Positions 1 through 11,624 of a stretch of DNA of 64,000 nt are shown one piece after another. How positions within the stretch are numbered: the first letter of the stretch is position 1; every line of letters starts with the position of its first letter. Source of the DNA: the human T2T-CHM13v2.0 reference genome, Homo sapiens. The stretch is from assembly GCF_009914755.1 (NCBI RefSeq), contig NC_060932.1; one strand, given 5' to 3'. Under the pieces are notes generated by a model. It was not told where the DNA came from. It was given only the letters and a program-made list of their open reading frames with translations, and did no database searches. A program made the translations under genes and the position numbers.

Positions 1-289
1 AAATAAGCATTGGCATCAATTTGAAAATATTCACTAAATACAGGCAATATTAATGATGCCTTAATGTCAAGAATCCTTCCAGAATATTGACAAAATGCCC
101 TTGTGCTTATACACATGCTCAAGAGAAGCGCTGCACATTAGTCAAACTTCATAATATGGTATCAAATTAAAATCTAAAGTAAACTACAGAAAAAGACCCA
201 ATGGTAGTTCATTATTACAACATTTTAGAGACTCTTAAGAATTGGCTAAGTTTAAAAATAGGTAGCCCATCGTTGTCAGATCATTTATT

Positions 290-905
290 AAATCAAATCC
301 CTAAGTATTAATGGAGCGTCAACCATACACAAGGATCTCAGGGATTAGAGCAGACCATACAAGAAAAGACATAAATATCTCGGGCCTCACACAACTTTCA
401 TGCTGGTGAGGTAAGAAAGATAATAAATAATAAATACATATGATGACTGAAAAAGGTATATAGACTATGATAGAAGATAAGAGCCACAGTGGGAAATAAA
501 ATAAAGCAGGAAAGAAGGAAGGATCAAGAAAGACAAATTAGCGACAGAATAGCCAAGCATGACCTCACAAAGAAGGTGACATTTTCAATAAACACTGGAA
601 GAAGGAGCATCGCACATCAGGCAAATCTCATGATGTGATACTGAATTAACATCATAATTACTGATGTTAATTATGAACCTCCTAGGCAGAGGCAATAGCA
701 ATCATAAAGGCAAGACAAGAGTATGCCTGTGGAATGGAGAAAGAGAGGAGAAAGCAAGAGGAGATGAAGTCAAAAAAGTTTCAGAGAGCCAAGAAATGTT
801 ACACTATGCAGGTTGCTTTAAAGACTTTTTGTTGTTGTTCTTGCATGAGACCATGTCCACTGGAGAATGCATGCTTTATTCTTCTATAAGAATTTTATTT
901 GAAAG
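290..905 (-). mobile_element. Degenerate L2 (LINE-2) 3' region
   Basis: Purine-rich L2-antisense pattern (atttattaa...aagacataaatatctcgggcctcacacaactttcatgctggtgagg...aagaaggtgacattt...ggcagaggcaatagcaatcataaaggc). Boundaries approximate. Confidence 0.6.
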
Positions 906-1254
906 GTAGCCTGTTGGGATCAGTGTCTCATTCATTTAAAACAGAGACACCCTCAGCTATGAGACCAACAGCCATTTAAAAGTATTTTGTACAATAACAA
1001 TATGCACTGCATTAAAATAAAACTTCAAACTATGCAAGAGTTATTTATAAAATTTTCAATATCTAGTTCTGATCAGTATGCATATTTCAGTGTGGACATT
1101 GTAGCTTCAAATGCAGAGCTTTGCATTCCAAACTGTACACTAGCATCCTTAATGCCATTTTCGTGTATTGAATCCGAAGAGCTTTGAATTTTTGAGTTGA
1201 ATTTTTCAGAAGCAGATATATTCATCTTTTGAAAGGAGTCAAAACAGTCTTTTC

Positions 1255-2000
1255 ATTTTTTTAAATTTCTTCTTATGAAAAATTTCAAAGACAAAAGTAG
1301 AAAGAATGGTAAATGAATGTAATATATTTATACCGCCTTTAATAATTATCAATACATTCACAATCTTGTTTCATCTATACCCCTTACTCACTCCTCTATC
1401 CAGTTTATTGTGAAGCAAATCTAAGACATCACAAGCATTATATCAGTTAACTGATGATTTACTTCAGAATCAGCTTTTAATATATAGAAATTCTTAAAAA
1501 TAACCACAATATCATTATCACACCTAAAGAATTCACCATAATTTCTTAATATCTTCAATATCTAGGCAGTTTCCATATTTCCTCAATTATTTTATAGTTT
1601 ATTTTTATAGCTTGCTTTCACTAGAATCCAAACATTGTGTGTGTTTTGTTATGACTTTTAAGTTTTGTATTTTAGTTTAAAAGAAAGTTTATCTTTCCTT
1701 TTATTTCTTCCATTTTTTGTTGTTGAAGGAACCAGACTGTTCTATAGAAATCCCTTTGTCTGTATGTCTAGATTCTGCTGATTACATCTCCACAGTATCA
1801 CTGACCATGTTCCCCAGTTCCCTTTGTGTCCTGTAAATTGGCAGATCTGGAGAACTGTTCACATTCAGATTGTATGTGTGCATGACTTTTTTTTTTTTAG
1901 TCTGAACATAGGTAGTGTCATACACCATCAGCATGTATCTCATCAAGCCATTGATAATCATTGCCTAGGCACATTTATTCATTAGGAGTTGCAAAGTCCT
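1255..2000 (-). mobile_element. Old L1MC-like 3' end fragment
   Basis: Motifs tatgaaaaatttcaaa, gcaaatctaagacatc and aaccacaatatcattatcacacctaaa resemble antisense L1MC4/5 3' UTR. Confidence 0.6.
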
Positions 2001-2189
2001 TATTTCTTAGAGACATAATTATCTGTGAGGATGAAAGAAAAGTGTTATCAACAAAAGGAAGAAGATTCACTTCAGTGAAGTCAACGTGAGGTGGATGCTG
2101 CAGCTGAGTTGGCTTGTAGTGCTCTGTTCCACCCAAACTATTGTCCAGCGTCTTACGATATCAATTTTTTATATAAGTCCTAAAGGCAT

Positions 2190-3150
2190 GATTAAGATTT
2201 CTGGATAAACTTAGAAGATTGAGTATATGTATTTCTGTTGCTCCCTCCTGAAACCCTACTAAATTAGAAAATAAATAAATCCACAAAGAATTGTCTAAAA
2301 CTCATGGAAGGACCAGTTAAATTCGCAAGAATGCAGGCTGGGTGAGCTATGTACCCAGGTGACTATCCTTTAACCAGATGAGGCTTCATTTCAGAGAAAA
2401 CTTAACCAGAAAGCTTCAGGACTTAGGAATACCAGCCATGGTAGAGCTGGGGGCTAAGGCACAGAGATGAGGTACCAAAATAGCTGGGAGGGGTGGGGAG
2501 TGAGTGACAGTCTGCCCAATAAATGGCAAGATGCCCTGTCCTTTTTCTCACCTGCGTCCTAGACAGCCAGGCAGGTTTGTTTTCTTCAGGCCCTAATACT
2601 TCCTCAAGAGACATCAAATGTCAAATGCCAAAAGAAAACTCCTTATAAATGGTGAAATCTGAAAGTACAGATTACTACACAGTGTATGCACAGTGAAGCC
2701 CTCCAATTAGCAAGGCTGGCCATGACATTCAATAATCTTTTCAGCGTCTCCGTCTTCCGTATGCACCAAGGATCACCAGATAATTGAAGAAAACCTCCAA
2801 AATGAGAATCCGAAACAAGCAAATAACATAACATTTAAAAAGAGCCATGCAGTAACTGCACAAAAATGTCAAGAAACAAAACAAAATCGTTACAAATAAT
2901 AACCCCAGAGAGAAGAGAATTCTACCAAAAAAAATAGTTTTTAAACACAATTAAATATCCTGGAAGATTAAAAATATAATTCTCAAACTAAAATAAAATA
3001 TGACCAGTAGACAGGATGAATTAACACAACTTCCAAAAAACACAGTACAATGAAAATGCATGCAAAATAAGAGAAGATTTTTTAAAAAATCATGGAATCA
3101 GTTAAAAACTTCTAACATTTGATTAACAGACTCCAGAAAGAAAGTGAAGA
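2190..3150 (+). mobile_element. Highly degenerate old L1M 5'/ORF1-region relic
   Basis: A-rich sense strand with L1ME-like motifs (ccctcctgaaaccctactaaa, caaggatcaccagataattgaagaaa, ctccagaaagaaa). No intact ORF. Confidence 0.4.
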
Positions 3151-3642
3151 AAAAAGCAATTATATTTACTTTTGACATTCTCACCCTATGGTTCACTGAG
3201 ACCTATATGAAGTTGAAAGCCTATAATCATATACTGATTTCAGATAAATACAAATCAGTTCATGAATTGTCTTCCATCAAGGCTGTGGGAGGTTTTTGGC
3301 ATGATATATTACAAAACATCTGTCTTTTTACATACTTGTTCATTTTTTTATTTTAGAAGAAAATCATCCTCCTGCTTTTTTTTATACCTTTGTAAAAATG
3401 TTTGATAAATATATTAATATAAAAATAGCATTTTATTATTGGGATAGAGTAATTATAAAATCCAGGCAGGTGTCTCACTCCCATCTTAACAGTATTGTAG
3501 AAAAACAAGTGTGTAGATGACATGGAATCTTGTTTTTAGGAGTGCACAATCAAGACTTAAAAAAATACTATAAATAGCAACCTTCATGAGAAAAAGAGAT
3601 TAATTATATCATTCTGAGTTATTTAGAAAATATTTTACCAGG

Positions 3643-5203
3643 CAGAATCCTCGTCAAGCTACCAATGACTTTCTTTACAGAATTGGAAAAAACTAGTTTA
3701 AAGTTCATATGGAACCAAAAAAGAGCCTGCATTGCCAAGATAATCCTAAGCAAAAAGAACAAAGCTGGAGGCATCACGCTACCTGACTTCAAACTATACC
3801 ACAAGGCTACAGTAACCAAAGCAGCATGGTACTGGTACCAAAACAGAGATATAGACCAATGGAACAGAACAGAGCCCTCAGAAATAACACCACACAACTA
3901 CAACCATCTGATCTTTGACAAACCTGACAAAAACAAGAAATGGGGAAAGGATTCCCTATTTAATAAATGGTGCTGGGAAACTGGCTAGCCATAAGTAGAA
4001 AGCTAAAACTGGATCCCTTCCTTACACCTTATACAAAAATTAATTCAAGATGGATTAAAGACTTAAATGTTACAGCTAAAACCATAAAAACCCTAGAAGA
4101 AAACCTAGGCAATACCATTCAGGACATAGGCATGGGCAAGGGCTTCATGTCTAAAACACCAAAAGCAATGGCAACAAAAGCCAAAACAGACAAATGGGAT
4201 CTAATTAAACTAAAGAGCTTCTGCACAGCAAAAGAAACTACCATCAGGGTGAACAGGCAACCTACAGAATGGGAGAAAATTTTTGCAATCCACCCATCTG
4301 ACAAAGGGCTAATATGCAGAATCTACAAAGAACTTAAACAAATTTACAAGAAGACAACAAACAACTCCATCAAAAAATGGGCAAAGGATATGAACAGACA
4401 CTTCTCAAAAGACATTTACACAGCCAACAGACACGTGAAAAAATGCTCATCATCACTGGTCATCAGAGAAATGCAAATCAAAACCACAATGAGATAACAT
4501 CTCACACCAGTTAGAATGGTGATCACTAAAAAGTCAGGAAACAACAGGTGCAGGAGAGGATGTGGAGAAATAGGAATGCTTTTATGCTGTTGGTGGGAGT
4601 GTAAACTAGTTCAACCATTGCGGAAGACAGTGTGGTGATTCCTCAAGGATCTAGAACTAGAAATACCATTTGACCCAGCTTACCCATTACTGGGTATATA
4701 CCCAAAGGATTTTAAATCATGCTACTATAAAGACACATGCACACGTATGTTTATTGTGTCACTATTCACAATAGCAAAGACTTGGAACCAACCAAAATGT
4801 CCATCAATGATAGACTGGATTAAGAAAATGTGGCACATATATACCATGGAATACTATGCAGCCGTAAAAAGGATGAGTTCATGTCCTTTGCAGGGACATG
4901 GATGAAGGTGGAAACCATCATTCTGAGCAAACTATGGCAAGGACAGAAAACCAAACACTGCATGTTGTCACTCATAGGTGGGAACTGAACAATGAAAGCA
5001 CCTGGACACAGGGTGCAGAACATCACACACTGGGCCTGTCATGGGGTGGGGGGAGGGGGGAGGGATAGCATTAGGAGATATACCTAATGTAAATGACGAG
5101 TTAATGGGTGCAGCACACCAACATGGCACATGTATACATATGTAACAAACCTGCAAGTTGTGCACATGTACCCTAGAACTTAAAGTATAATAATAATAAA
5201 AAA
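3643..5203 (+). mobile_element. 5'-truncated L1PA (L1PA4-like): ORF2 C-terminus, 3'UTR and A-tail
   Basis: ORFs 3665-3988 and 3967-4497 are L1 ORF2p ([46 protein letters not shown]). G-rich 3'UTR tract and taatgtaaatgacgag present. Perfect 18-bp TSD agaaaatattttaccagg at 3625-3642 and 5204-5221. Confidence 0.97.
3665..4863 (+). pseudogene. Disrupted LINE-1 ORF2 fragment
   Basis: Frameshift near 3975 (tgctgggaaactgg) and premature stop at 4495-4497. Lacks the endonuclease and RT core. Confidence 0.9.
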
Positions 5204-6029
5204 AGAAAATATTTTACCAGGAAATATTGGTATGGACCTGAAAAGTGGGAGAGTTTCATAGCTAAAATAGTGAGAATAGCTAAAAATAGTGAGAATGACC
5301 TCTAGGAATGTGATGAAGGATAGGAGAGCCAAAGATGCACAGATTATGGAAGGAAAAGTCATGAGAAAAGTTTATTGAGTGATAATGGACAAGAACATTA
5401 AAAAACTGCATTAGGTTGCATTGTAGGGGCCTCTGGCGGACTGTGAGGAAGGTACTTCTGTATTATGATCTGAACATATAAAACAGTTTCAAAATTTAAA
5501 ACGCCACTGTTGGTTCTATGTAACAAATGGTAGCCTTGACTAATAAGAAAATTGGTCTGTTGCTATCCTGGGCATCAACGTTAGGCTATAAACAAAGTTC
5601 CAGTTTAATCTTAATACCTCTTTAAGAATTTAATACAAACTTCTGGATGCCATATGATATGAATCACATAACTGATTAAGATATACATCATCAGATAAGC
5701 AGGACATTAATAGGTACATATACTATAAACAGATAGTTTTGGTAACTTTTGTCCATTAATAGTTACCTTTTCCCAGTATGCTTGTATTTATTGCTTCCAA
5801 AGGGTGTTTCTTTAGACAGTTTATATAAAATGATCATCTATGCCACTTGTACACAAAATGCTTAGAAATGAATTTTGATGACTTTATCTCAAACTACTAG
5901 TTACTACATAATTTTACTCTTATTTTTAGACTAATCAGAATAAAATGACCATGCAGACTATTGGAAACAAGAATATACAAATTCAAGCAAGTAACCTATG
6001 CTTGAACTGAATAATTTAGCACATCATTT

Positions 6030-6312
6030 CTCAAATTGTAAACTCTACTTTTATGACAAGTTTAATGGGAGATCTGTGGAAAAAAAAAGGATTTCATAGT
6101 CAAATATAGGTGGTAAATGCTGAGTTAAACAAAGCTAAGCAGGTTTCTTTCTGAGAACCTCAGAGAGTTAATGTGAGATGAAAAATCAACAATAGGATTA
6201 AAGTAGACAGTATTTCCCAGCCTTATTTGACCACACAACCTTTAAATTATGTATCTTTTCCGGAATACCCATTAACATCTCTGAACACAATTTGAGAGAG
6301 TTTTTGGCCTAG
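6030..6312. mobile_element. hAT-Charlie non-autonomous DNA transposon relic (MER112/MER113-like)
   Basis: Motifs ggtaaatgctgagttaaacaaagctaagcaggtttcttt and cagtatttcccagccttatttgaccac. Confidence 0.5.
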
Positions 6313-6789
6313 AGGATTAGATTAACCTCTGATCTTTTTTGCTGTTCCCTGAGTGAGGTGTGAAATAAATCCTGACTAACACTTCAAATCATTTATGAAC
6401 AAGCACCACCTGTTTAAATATTTGAAATACTTTCATTTTACATTGAGGCATAAAAGATCCCTTTCAAATAAAAAATAAATTCTGAAACTATATAGTTTAC
6501 AATTTCACTAGCTTTAATGTGAAATAGCTGTGAGATATTTTATGTTGTTTCAAATGGATAAAAATGCACTAAGAGAAAACAGAATAGCTCACACTAATAT
6601 TATTTATTTCAAATTAAAACTTAACACTTCACATGAAATGTTTCTATGACACATTAAAAATGCATACAGACTGTGTTTGTCCATGTTCTTCTCTTACCAT
6701 TCACACCATTTATCAGTTTATCCGAATTAACTTGAATTTATTACCACATTTAATTGGACTTGAGGGTTATTTATTATCTTTAAAGATAC

Positions 6790-7400
6790 TTCTTTATAAT
6801 TACTAAAAATACTTTTGCTTTAAATAATTGTAACAATATCCAAAAACAATGAAATACAAGAGTATACAGAAATACATATTATTCATTGAATAAAAAATAC
6901 AAGAAAATTAATCCCACCTATTCAGCCATACATCATGATCATTTCCATGTATTCACTTTGAATGTTTTCATCTTTGAATATTCATTGACCCATGCACACA
7001 CCTACAATAACAGGCACACACACACACACAAGTGCTCAAGTAGTATCAATATATATAAATATTTAAAAGTTTTGATGCTGCCAAATTGCCTTCTAGAAAA
7101 GGTGTACTATTTTCACTTCTCCCATAAGCCATGAGGTTGCTCATTTCCCCCACACTTTTGACAACACTCTGAATCACAAGTGTTTTGTCTATTTTGTATG
7201 GGACACTGTACCTTATTCTTTCCATTTCTATTTCTTAGATTATTAGGAAAATTAACCTGTGTGTGTGTGTCTGTGTGTGAATGTAGAAATAGCGCATTCA
7301 TTCCCTTATCCATTTTTCTACTGGTATGTCCCCCATTTTTATACAACTATTTTATAATCACTTTTGAGAAAAATTTCATATACACTAAGAATATTTTCCT
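6790..7400 (-). mobile_element. Old L1ME-like fragment
   Basis: Antisense ORF2-end motifs (gctgccaaattgccttctagaaaagg, cacttctcccataagccatgaggttgctcatttcccccacac). Confidence 0.55.
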
Positions 7401-8231
7401 ACTTAGTTTCCTTTCAGTCATGCTCATGGCAACTAAAAAATAGACTGTCGTGTGTATACACACACACGCACACACACACAAATATATATATTAGGTGTAT
7501 TAACTTCCTTTTCCCATTTTTTTCAAAAGGTTCAAACATTCATCTTTTTTCAGGTGAAAGTGAGAATTACTTTCTTAAATCTGTGTTCTCCTTTCTATTC
7601 TTCCTCCTAGATTCTGACTGTAAGTATATTGAATAGACTTATTAATTTTGGTGGATTATCATAAAACAGCTATCACTTATTAAAACTGACTATATTCCAG
7701 GCTACATTCTAAATGCTTTATAACCCTATGGGGCAGGTATGACTACTGACTTAATAATACCAATTAAGATATTTCTGGAAATTTACTAATTCCCAACAAA
7801 TAAATCTTGGACACAGGATTTCAACTCATACCTTTTAACTGTAGAAGACTCATTTTCAAGTTCTGTGGTATTTAACATGGGTTGTTCAGTCAAGAAGCAT
7901 GTTTTAGTTTTTTAAAATCATGTATTCAGTAAAATTTTCTAGTTGTTTGCACATAGATCATGCTTGAAAATTCTTAACTCTTTCTACTAGGAATGTATTT
8001 TTCTCATAGATTATGGGGCTCCTACAGGTTCCTTCTTACTGCCCAAAAGCCAGCTCTTGTGTCCTCCTGTCTTGGTAAGGCATGTCCGAGAGTGCTGACC
8101 AGGGTCTCTTCTGCCTATTTCAGTTGACCATTCTGGTCAGCACTGCCTTCAACTCAGTCCCTGGTAAAACATTCAGGAGGACTTTGTTTCCTATTAAATG
8201 TTAATGAAAGAGTACTCAAAGAGCCTACACG

Positions 8232-8262
8232 TATTTATTTATTTATTTATTTATTTATTTAT
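8232..8262. repeat. (TTTA)n microsatellite
   Basis: About 7 TTTA units read directly. Confidence 0.95.
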
Positions 8263-9249
8263 TCTCTCGGAAATCGTTTTGATTAAAACATTTAAGAACA
8301 CGAAAACAATAACTAGGGATTTCATATCTAGTTCACTCTGGATATTGTTTCTTCTTCTTCTCACTTACAAATAAACAAAAGTGATCTAGAGAGTGAGCAA
8401 ATCAGGCAACTGTGTTTTATAAGTAACATAACTTCCTATGTAACAGCTTCACAAAGAGATTAAAATACATAATAATGATGTGTAGTCTGTGAGATCACAC
8501 TGTGTCTCACAAAGGCAGCTAAGTCTGCTTTCAGACAGTAGGTTAAATCTTGGGGGGAAAGGAAAATAACTTAAATTCTTACAATATACATATAGCAAAA
8601 TTAATTTTAGGAGATTTAAAGGATCAAATATAAAACATCAAGTTATGTTTTTATATAATAATGGTGAATGCTCATTACATATTTCACAAAAGAAGGAACG
8701 TCTGTGATTAAAAGGGACGAAAAATTACCACAGAAATAGTTCAGATTTCACAACATCATATTTAAAACTCCCACATCTAAAAAGTATAGACTATTACAAA
8801 TATAAGAAATTTCAGGAAGCCAAAATAACCCTGTCATCAACACCTAACAAAGATCTATCTGTCTTGGTTGGGTATGTGTCTTGCTTGATTCTTCTGACTT
8901 TCCTCTTGTCAAGGCTCAGGCGATGGTAATCCTACCCACATTATGAATCAGCATCTGAATGGCCAGCTCCTTTTTCAGGCAAGGGCCCACTCTAGTATCC
9001 TTTTCCAGGGCTCTCTGTTTGTTCTTTCTAATGTATAAAGACTGCTGTGTTTTCCACTCTTGCTCAAAGGACTTCTGAGACACTGCGATATCTATAAAGT
9101 AAAATTTAATTTCTGCTCCCTGGCCTACAATTTACTTCATAAGCTGACCCTTCAAATCAGAAGTACAACAATTACTCTGTTTCATTTAACTCTGAAGAGC
9201 CCATTCCCTAAAATACCCAGGAACTTAAAAAACAATAGTCATATTTAAA

Positions 9250-10200
9250 AAAATATATTTAATAGACAAAGGGTTAATATCATTAACAGCAAATGGAAAG
9301 CTGCAGAACCACAATTTAGGAATTGGCAATGACTATGTACAGAAAATTCCTAGAAGAAATACAAATGACTAATGAACATGAAAATATTCAAACACGACTA
9401 ATCAAAGAAATGCAAATTAAAACAAAATACTGTTTTCCCCTGTAAACTTAGCAGTGATTAAAACATTACAATCGTCAATGCTAAAAAGGGAGCACTGAAT
9501 CAAGCATTCTCATATGCTGCTAATGGTATAAATTGGCAAACCATTCTGGAAAAAATTTTGGCATGATGTTTCAAGAGCTTTAATTTGTTCATACCCTTAG
9601 ATGCACTTCTAGGAGATTATTATAAGAAAATAATATGAGAATTGAAACATACATTTCTACAAATATTTTCATGAAGAATTATTTTTAACAGATATCAAAA
9701 TAACTGCAGAACGATTAAAATGATCACTGATACTTTTTGAATAGAATATTACATAGCCATCAAAGTGATTTTTATAAACTCTAATGACAAGGTAAAATGC
9801 TTATGTGAAATGTTAATGGAAAAATATCAGGAAAAATATATATGTTACCAATGACAATAAAAATGACTGTCAAAGATAGGACTTGAAGTACATTTATTAT
9901 AATAAAATGTGTAGCTCCTTCTAAGTGACATATTAAATGCAATTTTTACTTACATGTATATACAATTAAACAGAATAACTTCACACATCTGAGAGTCTGT
10001 CTTAAAACCAAAAATATGTGCAAATTACTGATATACAAAGATGTTCTTTAGACCAATATTTATAATGCACCCCTTTGCTCACAAATACAGCCTGAAATAG
10101 TCTGCATGTATCAGAAGGCAACTATTAAGTAAACTTTGGAACATTCTTACTAGGCTATTGTGGAGTCAATATAATTATACTTAAAAGCAACACTTTAATA
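9250..10200 (+). mobile_element. Old L1ME ORF2-end/3'UTR relic
   Basis: aatcaaagaaatgcaaattaaaacaa, gcattctcatatgctgctaatggtataaattggcaaaccattctgga and cacttctaggagattat match the degenerate L1 ORF2 3' end. Confidence 0.7.
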
Positions 10201-10229
10201 GTACAAAAATCTTTATTAAAAGCACTACA

Positions 10230-10457
10230 GGCCGGGCATGATGGTTCATGCCTGTAACCTCAGCACTTTGGGAAGCCAAGATGAGATGATCACTTGAGCC
10301 CAGGAGTTGAAGACCAACCTGGGCAACATCTATGACCTCGTCTCTATGAAAATAAAAAAAAAAATGTTGGGTGTGGTAGTACACACCTGTAGTACCAGCT
10401 ACTCATGAGGCAGAGGTGGGAAGATTGCTTGAGCTCAGGAGGTCAAGGCTGCAGTGA
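10230..10457 (+). mobile_element. AluJ, 3'-truncated
   Basis: ggccgggcatg...cacttgagcccaggagtt...ggtcaaggctgcagtga. Ends without a tail. Confidence 0.92.
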
Positions 10458-11476
10458 AACAAACTATATGGTTACAATGATGGAAAAATGCAAAGGAAGA
10501 AGATAAATAATAGGGTCACTAATATAGAAGTGATATGATAAAACTGTTGTTACTTTATTTGATATTTTGTGAATATGCTGAGTTTTCCAGAATATACGTG
10601 TATATATAACTCTTTTCATATTAATGTAACTATTTTCCTATTAAAAATAAGAATGCAGTTCTGTGAGATGACCGCATTCAATGACAACACATATGCTAGG
10701 GTAAACTAAAGCATAAACTAAACAAAACAGAAGAAAAAAGTAACAAATCAAAACGGGGTATGCTCTCCAATCTCAACATGGCTACAGAGCATGGTTTTAG
10801 AAAATGAGAGAGAAGGTAGAAAAGACAGGTTATAATTAGGTTACAGTGAAATCTTAGCCAGGGTAAGACTATTATGAGGTAAGAAATAGTTCGTTTTGTT
10901 TAATTTGGTTTTTATTTGCAGAAGAACAACAGGGACAAAGCAATATTTTAGTGGCATTTATCTGTACAAAATGCATTAGATTTAAAAATCCAGAGGCACC
11001 CAGTCAGTGAAGGGGCCACAGCTATGACTTAATCACCTAGTGATTGTTAGAAAAAAAAAAGACAAGAATGCTATTGAGAACAATTCTGAAGTAGAATTGG
11101 TAAATTTCAAGATTAGTTGATGTGAATAACAAGAGAGATGAAAATTCTATGGATGTCTACATCCAAGTCTAAATGACCGAGAGAATAAGTAATGCTGTAT
11201 TTAAAGAATATTGAGACACGGGATGGAGAAAATGGAAAATTTAGAATGTAGTTAAGAGATCCAACATATTTTATCTTATTTCTTCACCTCTGAATCACTG
11301 CGTCTTTCCTCCATGTATAATAGTACCCTAGCAAAATACAAATCCCCTTCTCATTAGAAGTAAAGCATTCAGAAATAAAATGTATCAACAAGCCAATATT
11401 ACATAAAAGCTAAGTGTCACATACCATGGAAATGCCTACTTGTGGTGTCCATCATCATTTTGACATATCTCTAGGA

Positions 11477-11624
11477 CAAGGATTCTCGAACTTTATTGTG
11501 CCTTAGAATCAACAGAGACAGGACATTTTTAAACACTTATTGCCAGGCTACACCCCTCGGTTTCTCATTCACGAGATGCAGATGCTGCTGGTCTAGGGAT
11601 GGGGACCATATGTGGGAACCACTG
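11477..11624. mobile_element. MER5A-like hAT MITE with internal deletion
   Basis: Termini caaggattctcgaact...gggaaccactg, internal gatgctgctggtc...ggaccata, ctag-containing flanks. Confidence 0.7.
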
